DNA of 63,640 nt, filler included, from Phoronis australis (taxonomy: Eukaryota; Animalia; Phoronida), in assembly GCA_002633005.1 (NCBI GenBank). It is 10 parts of 10 records of this genome, joined end to end, with 100 filler letters (N's around TTAATTAATTAA, not from the genome) between each part and the next. Parts side by side here need not be neighbours in the genome. Positions count along the whole stretch, not along the records: positions 49,819 to 59,601 come from NMRA01001790.1; positions 59,702 to 62,374 come from NMRA01003507.1; 8 more parts are not named here. One strand, written 5' to 3'. The translations under genes were made by a program, and so were the position numbers. A model generated the notes under the pieces. The model made no database searches. It saw only the letters and a list, made by a program, of their open reading frames with translations, and was not told the DNA's origin. Below are positions 50,100 to 62,358 of this stretch, piece after piece (within the stretch, counting starts at the first letter, position 1; every line of letters starts with the position of its first letter).

Positions 50100-53000
50100 G
50101 TGGATTTGGAGGTGGTTCACTCCTGACGTTGACTGGCAGCGGATTTGATCCAACGAGCTCCATTGTTTCTCTGTGTGATAAAGTGTGTGTCCTCGTCAAT
50201 GGGACGTCCACTAGTCTGCAATGTTTAGTACCCACCCAGACAGGTAAAGTTGGCACTAAAATGTCTAAAGTCTGAGTTTTAAACATAGCCTGCAATATGC
50301 AAGACATTGCAGTGCCAGAAAAATTGAAGTCAAGTATGCCTTTGAATGTCGTTATCTTAACTTGAAATTAACACTTTTTAAACAATGAATTTAATATGTC
50401 AACAACTGCATTTTAACTTTAAATAGTTGGATATATATACTCTGCTTGTGTTGCAGGCTTATATATTGAGCCTGCTTGTGTTGCAGGTTTGTATATTGAG
50501 TCTGGTTGTGTTGCAGGTTTGTATATTGAGCCTCATTTTCTATTTTAAATGGCTTACTACGCTACATGCCAAAAGTAATTAGAAATAATTATTCTGCATG
50601 ATGACTCATCACGACGGATCATTCTATCGTACTCTGCTTGTGCTCAGCCGTCATGATGGGGGAATTCCGCTTACGTCAGTCATGTTTACAATTCTGATGC
50701 TCACAAATGACCAGTGTTGTTTTCCTACATTGTTGGCATTTTACAAAATTATCTGTGATTTCATTGGATGTTTACGAGCAGACAACCATCCCACAATGCA
50801 ATGGAAAAATGTAAGCTTGGTACATGAAGTTCTCAAATTGGGGAAGTCTCCTGAAACATTGCACCTTCTAGGGCCGGAGTGGTGGAGAAAAGTGGATACA
50901 TAGTGTGTCTGCAGAGTTAATGTTACATTTAGCTCAAGGGGTTTCATATTCATTAAATTTAGAATATTGATTACAATAATAAATCCCTGTTTTTGCCTGA
51001 GTAATTATGTTACCACATTTTGGAAGTCTATTGACCTTGGGTAAGAAGCAAATATAAAGAATCTTTACAGCTTAGCTGTTTTGATGTTATTTTTGGCAAA
51101 CTGACGTTAATGTTACATGTTAAACTGTTGACACGGAACGAACATGGTTTGAGTTGATCCTTGTCAGCTACATTTACACACCACCATCGGAAACTGTGTC
51201 AACATGGAAATTAGGGAAAGTAACATGTTGAGCGCATAGTCAGGTTTACAATGGAGTGGAAGTAAACATGAATTAAAATTTTAGCTAATGTTTGAGATTT
51301 CTTCCAATGCAGAGACCTTATCAAACTTTGTCCATTCCTCTTGTACATTTTTAGGCTGTGCTGTACTCAGACTCTTTTTTAGCCTGGCTGTATGGTCAAA
51401 CCGCGAATGTCTGTCCTCTCAAGAACTGTCACTCTAGTGATTTCAGTGGAAGATGGCCTCCTACATTACCACATTACCATATTTTTTCACAGTTCCCTCA
51501 GTGGTGCGAATACCTATCGTTTATGCAATGTACAGATTTATTGATGGACTTAATTTCACAATAAAAAATACAAAAATAAAAAACCTTGAGCCACCCGCTG
51601 ATTTGACCAATCTAATGCTTAAATATTGGTTGCAGGTCTTAGCAGTTAGGTAAATATTGAGAGAGATATGTCTCTGACTTTGAAAAAGTATTCTGAGTAC
51701 GGGACTACCGTAGTTATGAATCAACAATACAAGTAGAAGGGCAAGGTTGAGGGGTTTGAATTGTATATCACAAACCCGTGATGATCATGATATTGTAGTG
51801 ATTGTAAAGGCAATGTCATGGTATTTTATGCCAGTATGATTTGTGTTATGGATGACTTGTGCTGCTAGCTTTTCCTTAAATTTTGTGCTTTTTGCCTTAT
51901 GTTTTTTATTGTACAGGTTCTGGGGTCAAAATTTGTGACCTACATGTAAAGGTACCAACAGGGTCATTCTCTAAGAAAGCAGCATCCTTCCAATATCAAG
52001 AGTCACTCACTGCAATTCTCACTTCTGTCAATCCGACTAGAGGGGGCACTGCTGGCGGGACAAAGGTCACAGTCATTGGCTCAAATTTTGGGTATGTATT
52101 GACTACTAGAGAATTTTGATACAGCCACCACAAATACAATTTAGATTTAATTGTGTTTGCCGTATTTTCAGTTTTTGCCTGTTGCGTGAATAAAATAAAT
52201 TTATTTGTTTTTTATTTATTTTATGTTATAGAACCCTTGCTTTAGTAAGTGTTGTCTTTTTTATTCGTCTCGTAAAGCCACAAATTTGAAATAGTATCTG
52301 TATTTACAAGTTGTCTGTTGTGTTTTAAACTTATTATTTTTCCAGCTCTACTGGCAATACTGTGACAATGGGTGGGATACCTTGTATCATAACTTCAGAG
52401 TCAACTACACAGATTGAATGTACAACTGAAGCACACCACAAAACAGAAGAGTTAAAGATCAAAGTTAACAATGGACATGGGATGGCGATAGGGGTAGGCA
52501 CAGAAATGTGTGAAGTTTTTTGGTTTATCACAAATTTTGCATTTAGTTATGCAAGTGGAATTAAATTTCAGGGTCATTTAACATAAATTTTGGATTTTAA
52601 TTACAAGGTCTCAGTGTACTGTAAACAAAAAACCATTTTGACTGTTTGCAATGTGTTTCAAAAGATGGCTTACTCAATTATTAGCATAAAGTTGGCTTAT
52701 GAAGTGTGAAAATCACGATACCTCAAAAGCGTTCTCTGATAAACTAATAAATGAATCTAGTCTTCACCCCTGAGCCTGTAATTCAACTTAAATCTGAAAT
52801 CATTGCCACAAGAAAACCGCCATCAGTTAGCCACCTCATCAGTTCTGACACGTTCTGACATTATAGCTCATGTCAATGGTAAATGGAAAGAATTAATTTT
52901 AAGCACGTCAATTTGCTATTTAAGTTTTAACACTTCCTTGTTTGCGTTATTTTTCCTTCGACTCCATAATTCTCCATATAAGGCAAAATGCGGTCTGCCT

Positions 53001-56000
53001 TCTGGGCACTTCTTTAGATATTGCAAATTTACCTTTATTGCAATGCCTATAGTATGCAATATTGACGAATGATAAGGTTGAAATATTGAAGAGAAAATAT
53101 CCCAGAACAGGCTGCAAAGGTGGTTTTTTTTTAATGAGGATGTATTAGAACAATGTCCCTGGATCCCTGGAGACAGGACTGCTTCTGGCCTGCACTATTT
53201 GACACTTGTCTATTCTCAGTCATGAACAACAGGTCTTTTATTTTGCACATCAGTGTATCGTACATTAATGATGTTTAATCAATAGCTCTTCTCAAGTAAC
53301 AGGTGATTGTAGTCTTTACATCATAACGTTAACCAGTGCAGTCAATGTTTTCCCCTCATGCCTCAAGTTTGATTTTAAATCCAATGAGAAAATGTCAATT
53401 TCTGGCAAATTCCCACAGAAAATACTTTACTTTGCAAGGAGGCTTCAAACTTTCTCAAGGTGCAAAATTTTCGTCGTCAGTTCCAAAATAATTTTTAATA
53501 GTCATGTTCATTTTGTATGGCTCAAGTTATTTAATACTGTACAATACAATTATAAGCAAAAGTAAAGATAAGATGTACTGTCACCATTCAGATTTAAATG
53601 GCCATTGCATTTTCTTGCTATGACCAGCCTTAACCTTTGGGGACCCTATGCCAGGAATGACTTTGGTGCCCATTTCGTAACATTTATGCATTGGTTCTTA
53701 AACATCCACTAGTGAACAGGCTGGCTGTGCTCCTATAGTATAAAATGCCCAAAAAATTTGTTCAAAGCAGTTTTTTATGGAAATTTGGCAGGTGTATTCC
53801 TGCAAAGCTCATGACAGATGATGACATATTTCGGTCTGATCCTACTACCGCTGTGCCCTATAGTGGCAATTTCATTTTTTTTAAGTTTACCTCTATATCT
53901 TCAGAGTTTCTTAGATTTTTATTAAATTCTGCAAGTAGGGTTTTATTAAAGCCACAACTTTACCATTCCATTTTTGGTTGGATTTGACATAGCTTACATT
54001 ACCTAGTGGCCACTTTTGTTATTTTTGCATCCGTTTTCTGGCGTCTGCCTCTCTATCTGCCAAATGGCTCAAAAGGATCATTATGAAAATTTCAGATGTT
54101 TTTCAGGTGAGAAGGCCACAACTTGCATTGACTTTGGGACGGGTCTGATCACTTTGTCATCCCCAAGTGGCAATTTATTTTGTTTGCATCTGTAGCCAAA
54201 TCTCCTTTAATCCTTTGAAAGATGTATTTCTATGGAGCTGTAAACAAATAGTAAAGAGCATCAAACTGATCCAAATACATAGGAGGATTTAGGGGGCCCG
54301 GGGCCCACCCCCTTGGCTAATGCAAAAAATAAAACAGCAAAAGTGTGAGGAAATACTGAGTTCATTAATGAACACCTGTAATTAACATGCGGCTGAGGGG
54401 TGGGGGCTCAGACCCGATTGCAAGTGTCCGACTAAGACGACCTGAACACTCATTTTCCCATTTTTTTAGTCCTCCGTTAGCTTTTTAGTAGAAGGTCCAG
54501 AAATTTGAGCCCCCCTGTCTCTCAGGCTGGGTGCCCACATGCAGTCGTGCTTTGGGCCACTCCCCCTTATGATATCCTAGATCCGCCACTGCAAATACCA
54601 CTGTGCCCCTAATGGCAAAATGTTATATTGCCTGTTTGTATCTTCAAAGTTCATTAATGTATTTTCATGGAATTGGGAAATGGGTTTCGGTTAAGGAGTT
54701 AACGATGCTTTCCCATTTTCATAAAATTTTGATTTTTCTGCGCCACCTGGTGGCCATTTTAAAGTTTTTATGAACATTTTTGATGTACGCCTCTCTTTCT
54801 GTCTAACCACTCAAAGGATTATTAAGAAAATTGACAGTTGTGTTCCTGATGCAAAGACAATTACTGATGTTGATTTTTGGACAGGTTGAGTATACTGTCG
54901 CCGTCTTCGAGCAATTTTGCTTTTTTGAGTTTACAGCTGTATTTCCTGAACTCTCTAAGGATCTTTTCAAATTTGGCACATGGCAATGTTCATATGGAGA
55001 GGGCAACAGATAACAATAAGTTTCAGACCAATTGGACTTTAGCTGTGCTCCATAGTGTCATTTTTTACTTTTGTTTGAGTATCTTTGGAGTTCCTCGGCT
55101 TATCTTCATGAAATATGGCAAGTAGTTAAAGTATTAGAGAGATGATACTACCTTTCAAATTTTGAGTTTGACATATTCTGCGCCATCTAATGGGCATTTT
55201 TATGTGATAAAAACACCCATAGAAGCACATTGTTTGCGGTGCTAGTCAACATATTCCACGCCTCACTGAATAAGATGTATTTATCCATAACTAGTCTGTA
55301 TAATTGTTTATATTTTGAATTAGGAGTCTGCCAAGTTCCACTATGTAGATGTTTGGTCATCCCCCTTCACCTGGGGTAAGAAGGGTCTGCCTAAAGAAAA
55401 GGAATTTGTCATCATATCCAAGGGACAGACTGTTCTACTTGATGTAGACACTCCAGTCTTGACCATGTTGTTGATTCAAGGTGAATGGATGAATATTTAA
55501 CAATTGCTATGCCCTAACTTGTTTATCATATCTGCCATGTTGAGAAGTGTTTATGACTTCTGACCAGACCTTTTTTGTTCTGGTTATTGGTTTTTGTTTT
55601 ATTTTGTTTTTAATAGGTTACAATCAGTGTTAAAAAATCAGTTTTTATTAGTCGTGAAATAGAGGAATAAAATCTTACGAATTTGGGACAGAAATAATTA
55701 CCAAAATTTATTATATAGCATTCTTCGTCCATCTGGTGTCTCTGATGTATCTCTAAAACCCCTTGATGGATATTCGTGAAATTTTGTTTCAGATCATGGA
55801 TGGAATGGCATAAACATTTTTTTTGGCGATTTTGACTACCGCTCCGTAGTGGCAATTTTAGTTTTTCTCCATAGCCTTTATGTCTACTCAACTCCTTGTT
55901 GGATTCTCATTGTTGATAGGTACCCCATGATGCAGTGGGGAAATTTTACCGAGGTGCTCCTATTGAGATGAGCACGATTCTCGGTCACGTTGAGCCACTG

Positions 56001-56676
56001 AGGCACCCACTAGTGGCCTTTTTATTTACTGATAAGAATCTTTAGATTAAAAAAGCATAGCTTTTGTAGTGCAGTCATGGGTGTAATTCAACGCGTTGCG
56101 TTGCTCTGGTTTCATTTTTTCAGATTGAGGTTATTAACATTGCTGCGATTGCCAACAGAGTCTCATAGTTATGGTATAGAACTGTAAAACAGTGAAGCAT
56201 CTGTTTACTATCGTTTATGAAAAGAGTGTAAAAAATCACAATATCCACCATGTTTGCTTTGTCCTAAATTGTGAGAGTTTATGGTTAGTTGTTAATGTCA
56301 TTTGTTTTGAACTTAATTTTACATTTAATACTATCTTATTTAATAAGCTACAAAATGAAAAATGACTAGGGTATCCATGATGATATTTGGTTTTTGGGTG
56401 GTGAAAACTGGCCGGACGCTGTATTAATTGTCCTTATACTCACACACCTTATACGCCCTGTTACAGGAGGTCAAGTAATCTTTGATGAGAAAGATGTTCA
56501 GTTGAACTCTGAGTACATCTTGATCACGGATGGTGGCTTGCTACAAGTGGGCACAGAGCAGGAACCTTTCCAGCATAACGCCGTCATCACTCTACACGGT
56601 CATGTGAGGTCCAAAGAACTACCCATCTATGGTGCTAAAGTGTTGGCAGTTCGCCATGGCAACTTGGAATTACACG
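50100..56676 (+). CDS. PKHD1L1: Fibrocystin-L-like (PKHD1L1) gene, five internal exons encoding the last IPT/TIG repeats and first G8 domain
   Basis: Exons 50100-50243 (GGFGGGSLLTLTGSGF), 51917-52091 (SVNPTRGGTAGGTKVTVIGSNFG), 52346-52493 (VTMGGIPC..TTQIECTT), 55324-55480 (YVDVWSSPFTWG..KGQTVLLDVDTPVL.MLLIQG) and 56467-56676 (ILITDGGLLQVGTEQEPF..ITLHGHVRSKELPIYGAKVLAVR.G.LELHG). All AG/GT bounded with consecutive phases matching. Confidence 0.93.
50442..50533. repeat. 30-bp tandem repeat x3 (intronic)
   Basis: CTGCTTGTGTTGCAGGTTTGTATATTGAGC units. Confidence 0.85.
53740..55205 (+). mobile_element. Diverged HINE-family internal repeat array (PKHD1L1 intron) with a hAT MITE at 54278-54591
   Basis: Units with AAATTTGGCA..CCYCTAGTGGC..TTTT homologous to 23500-23826 and 59702-61000. 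The MITE is flanked by a CAAATAC direct repeat. A further short piece lies at ~55715-56025. Confidence 0.65.
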
Positions 56677-57469
56677 GTATGTACTTATTACTCAGCAGCA
56701 ATGCATATATAAGATGTGCGTTAGGATGTTGTCATATAACACATGAGAGATGCATGGTGTAATATCACTTGGAACTAGTTCATTTGGTAGATACACTGTT
56801 TGAGCAGTAGATGAACTATCGATCTCAATTTAAGTTAAAGGTTAAAAACTGACTGATTTCGTTAAAAGCCTAGTCATTTCATGTAGTTTGTTGGTGGTTA
56901 ATCTTGCACCGTATAACTTCAAAGCTTTATGCCCGTTTGTTTTTGCTTGGCAATAGTTCCGTAGCGATATCTGAGGGTAAGCTATGTTAATGGGTAATTA
57001 CAGACTGACATTAGCCCGAAGGACTTCACACAAACAATTACAAATCGAGAATTTGAGCTTGCATAAATGCAGTAGTGTAAATTTCTAGTATGCTGAATAT
57101 TTTTTTNTCTGAACATATTATGCATTGTAGCCAACACCATCAGACTGCAAGGCCTGGCGCATATCACTTCTTATGAAAACATTCCATGTTTAAAAATTGC
57201 TATTCATTGAATTTTTATACATATTTTTTGGCAGAAAGTGGGTTTGTAGGTGCTTAAACTTCACCTTTCCTTAATTATGTAGGTCTTGCTCTCATCACAG
57301 TTTTGGAAAATCTACTTTATTATTAGCAAGCTGTAGGTTGGTGTAGATGTTATAAAAGGAGAGTTATTTTATGAAATCTTTGCCATTTGATTCGAGATAA
57401 ATCGAAAGATGACATTTTTGACAAACTGTTTTTGCATAATGAGAAAAGCTGCAATACATTAAACTGGAA

Positions 57470-57624
57470 TTGCACAATTGCAGTGGTTACCTTATAATTA
57501 TAATGACTTGCACAACTGCAGTGGTTACCTTATAATTATAATGACTTGCACAACTGCAGTGGTTACCTTATAATTATAATGACTTGCACAACTGCAGTGG
57601 TTACCTTATAATTATAATGACTTG
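57470..57624. repeat. 38-bp tandem repeat x4, near perfect
   Basis: TTGCACAACTGCAGTGGTTACCTTATAATTATAATGAC units. Confidence 0.95.
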
Positions 57625-57763
57625 GACATGATGTGTGTCATCTTCTGTATTTGTAAGTTTTAGCCAGTAATTTCATGTGTACTTTCTGACAAGACACTTT
57701 CCAGGTAAAAGCCAAGAATTTCAGAGATCATGGACTGAATTTTATTTAGGGCATCTTCTCAAT

Positions 57764-57980
57764 TCATGCATAGAGTACACACACTACAGTCATGTGGTCC
57801 AGACACGTGACCTAGCCATTACATGTCTGAAAGCATTGCTGTCATGCATAGAGTACATACACTACAGTCATGTGGTCCAGACACGTGACCTTGCCATTAC
57901 ATGTCTGAAAGCATTGCTGCTCGGACTGGAGCTCAATCCTGAGATCTGCAATCTGTGTAAACGCTCTAGTCCACTGAGGT
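57764..57980 (-). repeat. 78-bp duplication adjoining a degenerate tRNA-like head (possible SINE)
   Basis: TCATGCATAGAGTAC...CTGAAAGCATTGCTG occurs twice. Minus strand 57980-57917 has weak A/B-box-like CTCAGTGGACTAGAGCG ... GGATTGAGCTCC. Confidence 0.5.
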
Positions 57981-58239
57981 TGAACACAGAAATCCTATCA
58001 AACTTTTGTTTTGAACGACATCAAGCACAAGTTGTCAGATATTTACAATCTACTCTGTTTTAATCATGAATTGATCTTTTAAAAAACTTTAAAAACTTTC
58101 AGATGTACATGATGATATGACAATTATGTCTATCAATTTTTTCAATAACCAAGCACCAACGTTTGTGTCCGATAAGCAAAGTCTTCCTTATGAGTAGATT
58201 AACCCATATAATGTTTGTTGTTACTACAAGGCCCTTTAT

Positions 58240-59184
58240 CTAAATCGGTGTCGTTTGTATTTCTGCTGGTAGCAATTGTCTAGATGTACTCGATTTTTCC
58301 TTTTTACTGAAGCAGACACGAGTGAATAAACCACAGGCTAGCATACTCTTCAGCTGTTTGCGTACTTTATAATTTCTTTTGGCGTATATAATTGGATCTG
58401 CTATGCCATTCAAGGACAGCACGCAATATGCTGCTATAAATCCATGTTTTCCTTGGTTAAATGTTAAAACATCAAAAAACGTAAGTACATACAAGAGGCC
58501 TCCTGGTAGCCAAAACACAACAAAGGTTAATACTATTAAAATTGTTGTTGTCCATGCCTTTTGCACGTGCTGATGGGCCTGTAATTTGAAGCACATAAAA
58601 ATGTACAGTATGATAATCACTGCAATAGGCAGCATTATAACCAACACTTGTATTGTAGTGTACACTTCAAATCTTACGTTCACTTCAAAAATGTCTTTGT
58701 CACAAATAGCTTGTGTTGTTATTCCTATTAGTGTTGAGACCCACACCATAGTGATAGCCATGAGAATGCGTCTTTTGGTCAACACAGTCTTGTACTGGTA
58801 TGGTTTGACTATGGCAACTGTGCGCTCGACTGCCATTAAGAGTACTGTGAGTACTACTGCGTATAACATACTCGTTGTAATATTGCGAAACATTTTTGAA
58901 AGTTGCCCAATTAATGTGAACTGATGAAAGGGTTCATATCCAGTGCAGCCACAGTATATAGCTTTTAACGACGAACTCAGTGTTTGTAAAAATGCGTACA
59001 GTAAATCAGCTGCAGTCAAGCTTATGAGCATGTATATAGTTATAGTCTTTTGATGTATGCAAAGCAGTGTTACCCCAGTGATGGCGTTGAAGCCTAGAGC
59101 CAGCGATCCCGTAGTCAGCAACACGGTATATACACCACAATGAAAACAAATCCAGTCTGTTCTGTTGGTTGTGTTGAAATCCAT
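58240..59184 (-). CDS. Intronless rhodopsin-like (class A) GPCR, 314 aa
   Basis: Seven hydrophobic segments; N-terminal sequons NTT and NRT; ISLTAADL (TM2), MAVERTVAIVKPYQY (DRY-like), FVVFWLP (TM6), NGIADPIIY (TM7). Complete ATG to stop. Confidence 0.93.
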   Translation of the reverse strand: MDFNTTNRTDWICFHCGVYTVLLTTGSLALGFNAITGVTLLCIHQKTITIYMLISLTAADLLYAFLQTLSSSLKAIYCGCTGYEPFHQFTLIGQLSKMFRNITTSMLYAVVLTVLLMAVERTVAIVKPYQYKTVLTKRRILMAITMVWVSTLIGITTQAICDKDIFEVNVRFEVYTTIQVLVIMLPIAVIIILYIFMCFKLQAHQHVQKAWTTTILIVLTFVVFWLPGGLLYVLTFFDVLTFNQGKHGFIAAYCVLSLNGIADPIIYAKRNYKVRKQLKSMLACGLFTRVCFSKKEKSSTSRQLLPAEIQTTPI

Positions 59185-59701
59185 TCCTCCTAATGCTTTG
59201 TTCCAGTCTAATAATCCTTGAGTTTACACTTTTGTAAGGCCATTCATTAAACAGTCCTTTTACAGTTTCAGTTGCATTAAGATATGCACTCTTGAGTGTG
59301 GGCAGTGCTGCAATATCATTGATTTATAAATATCACATTCTTGCAACTTATCAGATCGTTGGTCACCTGTGGAGATGTTGTGTGATTTCAGGGTATTCTC
59401 ACAGCAGTTTATTGATTCTTTTTGTATTCATCAACAACGAGCACTTAAACTAAATGTTTTTGATTTAGAGGCTTTTCACTGTATTAAAAATGTTAACTAG
59501 ATTTACAAACGTGATGGTTTTAAATGGTTGTTTTTATCAAGTGACATTGTACTGACAGGTTTTAATACTATTGTTACACTGCCATCTCTTGACTGGAATT
59601 ANNNNNNNNNNNNNNNNNNNNNNNNNNNNNNNNNNNNNNNNNNNNTTAATTAATTAANNNNNNNNNNNNNNNNNNNNNNNNNNNNNNNNNNNNNNNNNNN
59701 N

Positions 59702-61050
59702 GCTATGGCTGCAAAACAAACCAAGACCCCTAGGAGGCGCCACAGTAATCGAAGTTGTCCTCGTAACTGTCCTCTTCACAGTGAGAACATATACGCCAAT
59801 TTTCAAAATCATCCTTAGAATGGTTTGGTTGATAGAGGGGTGGACGCCAAAAAACAGAATCGAAAACAGTAAAAATGGCAACTAGTTGATGCAAATTAAC
59901 TCGAATCCATCCGAAAATGGGAGGATAGTACAACCTCAACAATACAAGCCTGATATATTCTAAATTTTATGAAACTCCTTTGAGGACCTTTGAATGTACA
60001 GAGGTAAACGTAAAAAATTGAACTTGCCACTAGGAGGACATTGGTGGTCAGATCCGTGCGAAAGTCGTCGTTGTCCGTTGTCAAAATCATATACACTTGC
60101 TAAATTTAGAAAAAATCCTGAAAACGGTTTAGGATATACAGCCATGGGCGCTACAAATTGCCACTAGGAGGCGCCACAGTAGTCGGAGTCATCGGAAAAT
60201 TATCGTCAGCCATCCTCTGCAAAGTAAGAACATACATGCCAATTTTCACAATCATCGTTAGAGCGGTTTGGTTGATAGAGGGAAAGACACCAAAACAGAC
60301 TCGGAAACAGTAAAAATGGTCACTAGGTAGCGCAAAATACCTCGAATCCATCCGATAATTGGAGGATAGCGTCATCGTACCAATGGATGCCTATAATCCA
60401 AATGATATGAACATACGTTGAGGACCTTTGAATGTACAGAGATAAACGTAAAACACTAAAGTTGCCACTAGGGGGCGCACCGGTTTTTCAATCCGTGCGA
60501 AAGTCATTATCCTCTGTTGACAACATCAGTTAACTACACTTACTAAATTCAGTAAAAATCCTGCTAACGATTTAGGAGATACAGCCGTGAGTGCAAAAAA
60601 ATAACAAAACTGCCACTAGGAAGCCCCACAGTAGTCGAAGTCGTCGGCCATCCTCTTCATAGTAGGAACACACACATGCCAATTTTCACTATCATCCTTA
60701 CAGCGGTTTCGTTGATAGAGAGTTGGACACCAAAAACAGACTCGAAAACAGTAAAAATGGCCACTAGATAGTGCAAACTACGTCGCATCGATCCGAAAAC
60801 GAGAGGATAGTGTCATCTCACTAACAGAGGTGGGGACTTCCTAAAATACAGACGTAAGGGTTAAAAAGTAAAATTGCCACTAGGGGGCACACCGGTAGTC
60901 AGAAAGGTTCGAAATTCCTTGTCATCCGTCGTCAGCTACATAGGAACACATCTTCCAAATCTCTTCAAATTCCTGTGAGGGGTTTAGAAGATACAGCTGC
61001 GGACGCCGGACGCCCGGACAGACAGAAATGACGGCAATACGCGACCACAT
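59702..61050 (-). mobile_element. Helentron-associated (HINE/DINE-1-like) element with a higher-order tandem array
   Basis: Minus-strand 5' end TTTATGCGTCCACATA..TATGTGGTCGCGTA hairpin, then CTGTCTGTCCGGGCGTCCGGCGTCCG (GTCY-type tract). ~145-bp subunits arranged in ~430-450-bp trimers. Runs off the contig. Confidence 0.72.
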
Positions 61051-62218
61051 ATAAATATGTGGACGCATAAATAGGTCATTTTCAATGCATGTTAGCGCAC
61101 TGGTTACATTTATTTTTATTGTTCAAAGGATGACAAAGAAGGAAACAAAACAAACATTAAATGGCTTGATCAATTCAGGATATGTGCATTGTCACCAGAC
61201 TGCAAAAATCAAGATCTGTATTTCGTAAGATAATCTGTGTAGAGATGCATGCTAGACAGATAGTTCTCAGCACGACTTCAAGACTCATTGCATCTTGAAG
61301 ATCTCAAAAGAAGGTAAGTGTATTACTTTAACGCAGTTAAGTAAGGATATTTAAACTTACGAGAAAACAATAAAGCTTCATTCGAAAAGACATGAAGGAA
61401 TATCATTGAGTACATCAATATACGTCGCGGCACTTGTACGGCAGACCAGTCCTGGAATTTTGGCGAGTATCTTTTTTGTGTCAACGCGTACAAACGTTTG
61501 ATTTCAAATTGGCTCTTTCGTCGAATACACTTAGAGTGTAGCTTCAACTTCAGTGTCGGTAATTAGCATTAAGGGTACGGCAAATCCTTCGATTGGAAAC
61601 TTGATACGGTAGAAAGCTGGCCAGCTGTATGAAGACTGTCATCGTCAACTTACACCAAGGTAGCTGTGTGTTAAGCTCGTTAGACACATAAATCAGGTAG
61701 CTCACCTCGTCTCCTCGTGGTGAAAATTATATCAACATGTATAGCTAACACCAGCAGGAAAAGAATAGCGCAGCCGCACAACTGCCCAAATTTGACAGAA
61801 ATTCTGATTGAAGCTTGAAAATAAAACGGTCTCTTCATGAAATATCCCTGTCTCTTGCTATGAATACTATATTCATTTGAAGGTGTAGCTATTCCCCTTC
61901 GGCATTTCCCATATACAAGCTGTTATACGAGTGAAAACAGGAGTAACATCTAGTCAGATTATAAATCATCAAACGAAATATCCCGTCATGCAAAAATCCA
62001 CCATTTTCCGAAACAAATTCAATTTATAAACAATAACCAGGTTTGTTTGCTTCCAATTTGTCCTATGGGTCCGAAATCTGATGTTACAATCTGTAAAAAA
62101 GTCGTTAGCGATTGTTTTTCAAAAATGCGACTTAAACGAAATGGCATCATTCGATTTGCATTTCGCACTTCTTCTTAGTTCGTGATTGGTCTATTGAAAA
62201 GATGTTTGCTGTACTTAC

Positions 62219-62358
62219 GTAGTGCATAATACTCGCTGGCAAAAGCCCTCCTGCAGCGTTATACGCCCAAGGCATCTCCAATATTCCTGTCCCAACACAG
62301 GTGTTAATAATGAGAAAACTTGCCACAAACCAGCTAATTCCACTTTTGTTCGGGATTC
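62219..62358 (-). CDS. Exon of an amino-acid transporter (AAAP family, SLC38A7/8-like TM1-TM2)
   Basis: GISWFVASFLIINTCVGTGILEMPWAYNAAGGLLPASIMHY has the N..G.G.L..P.A...AG motif. Acceptor ttctcag, donor gtaagt. Confidence 0.82.

Noticed and set aside
57470-57624. CRISPR-like appearance of the 38-bp repeat (also the 33-, 37- and 54-bp repeats)
   Set aside because: Units are head-to-tail with no unique spacers, there are no cas genes, and the DNA is eukaryotic.
61323-61815. Exon-like segments on the minus strand (hydrophobic CAILFLLVLAIHV stretch and a following ORF)
   Set aside because: Splicing them gives an early stop and they do not resemble the transporter continuation. Unsupported without RNA data.
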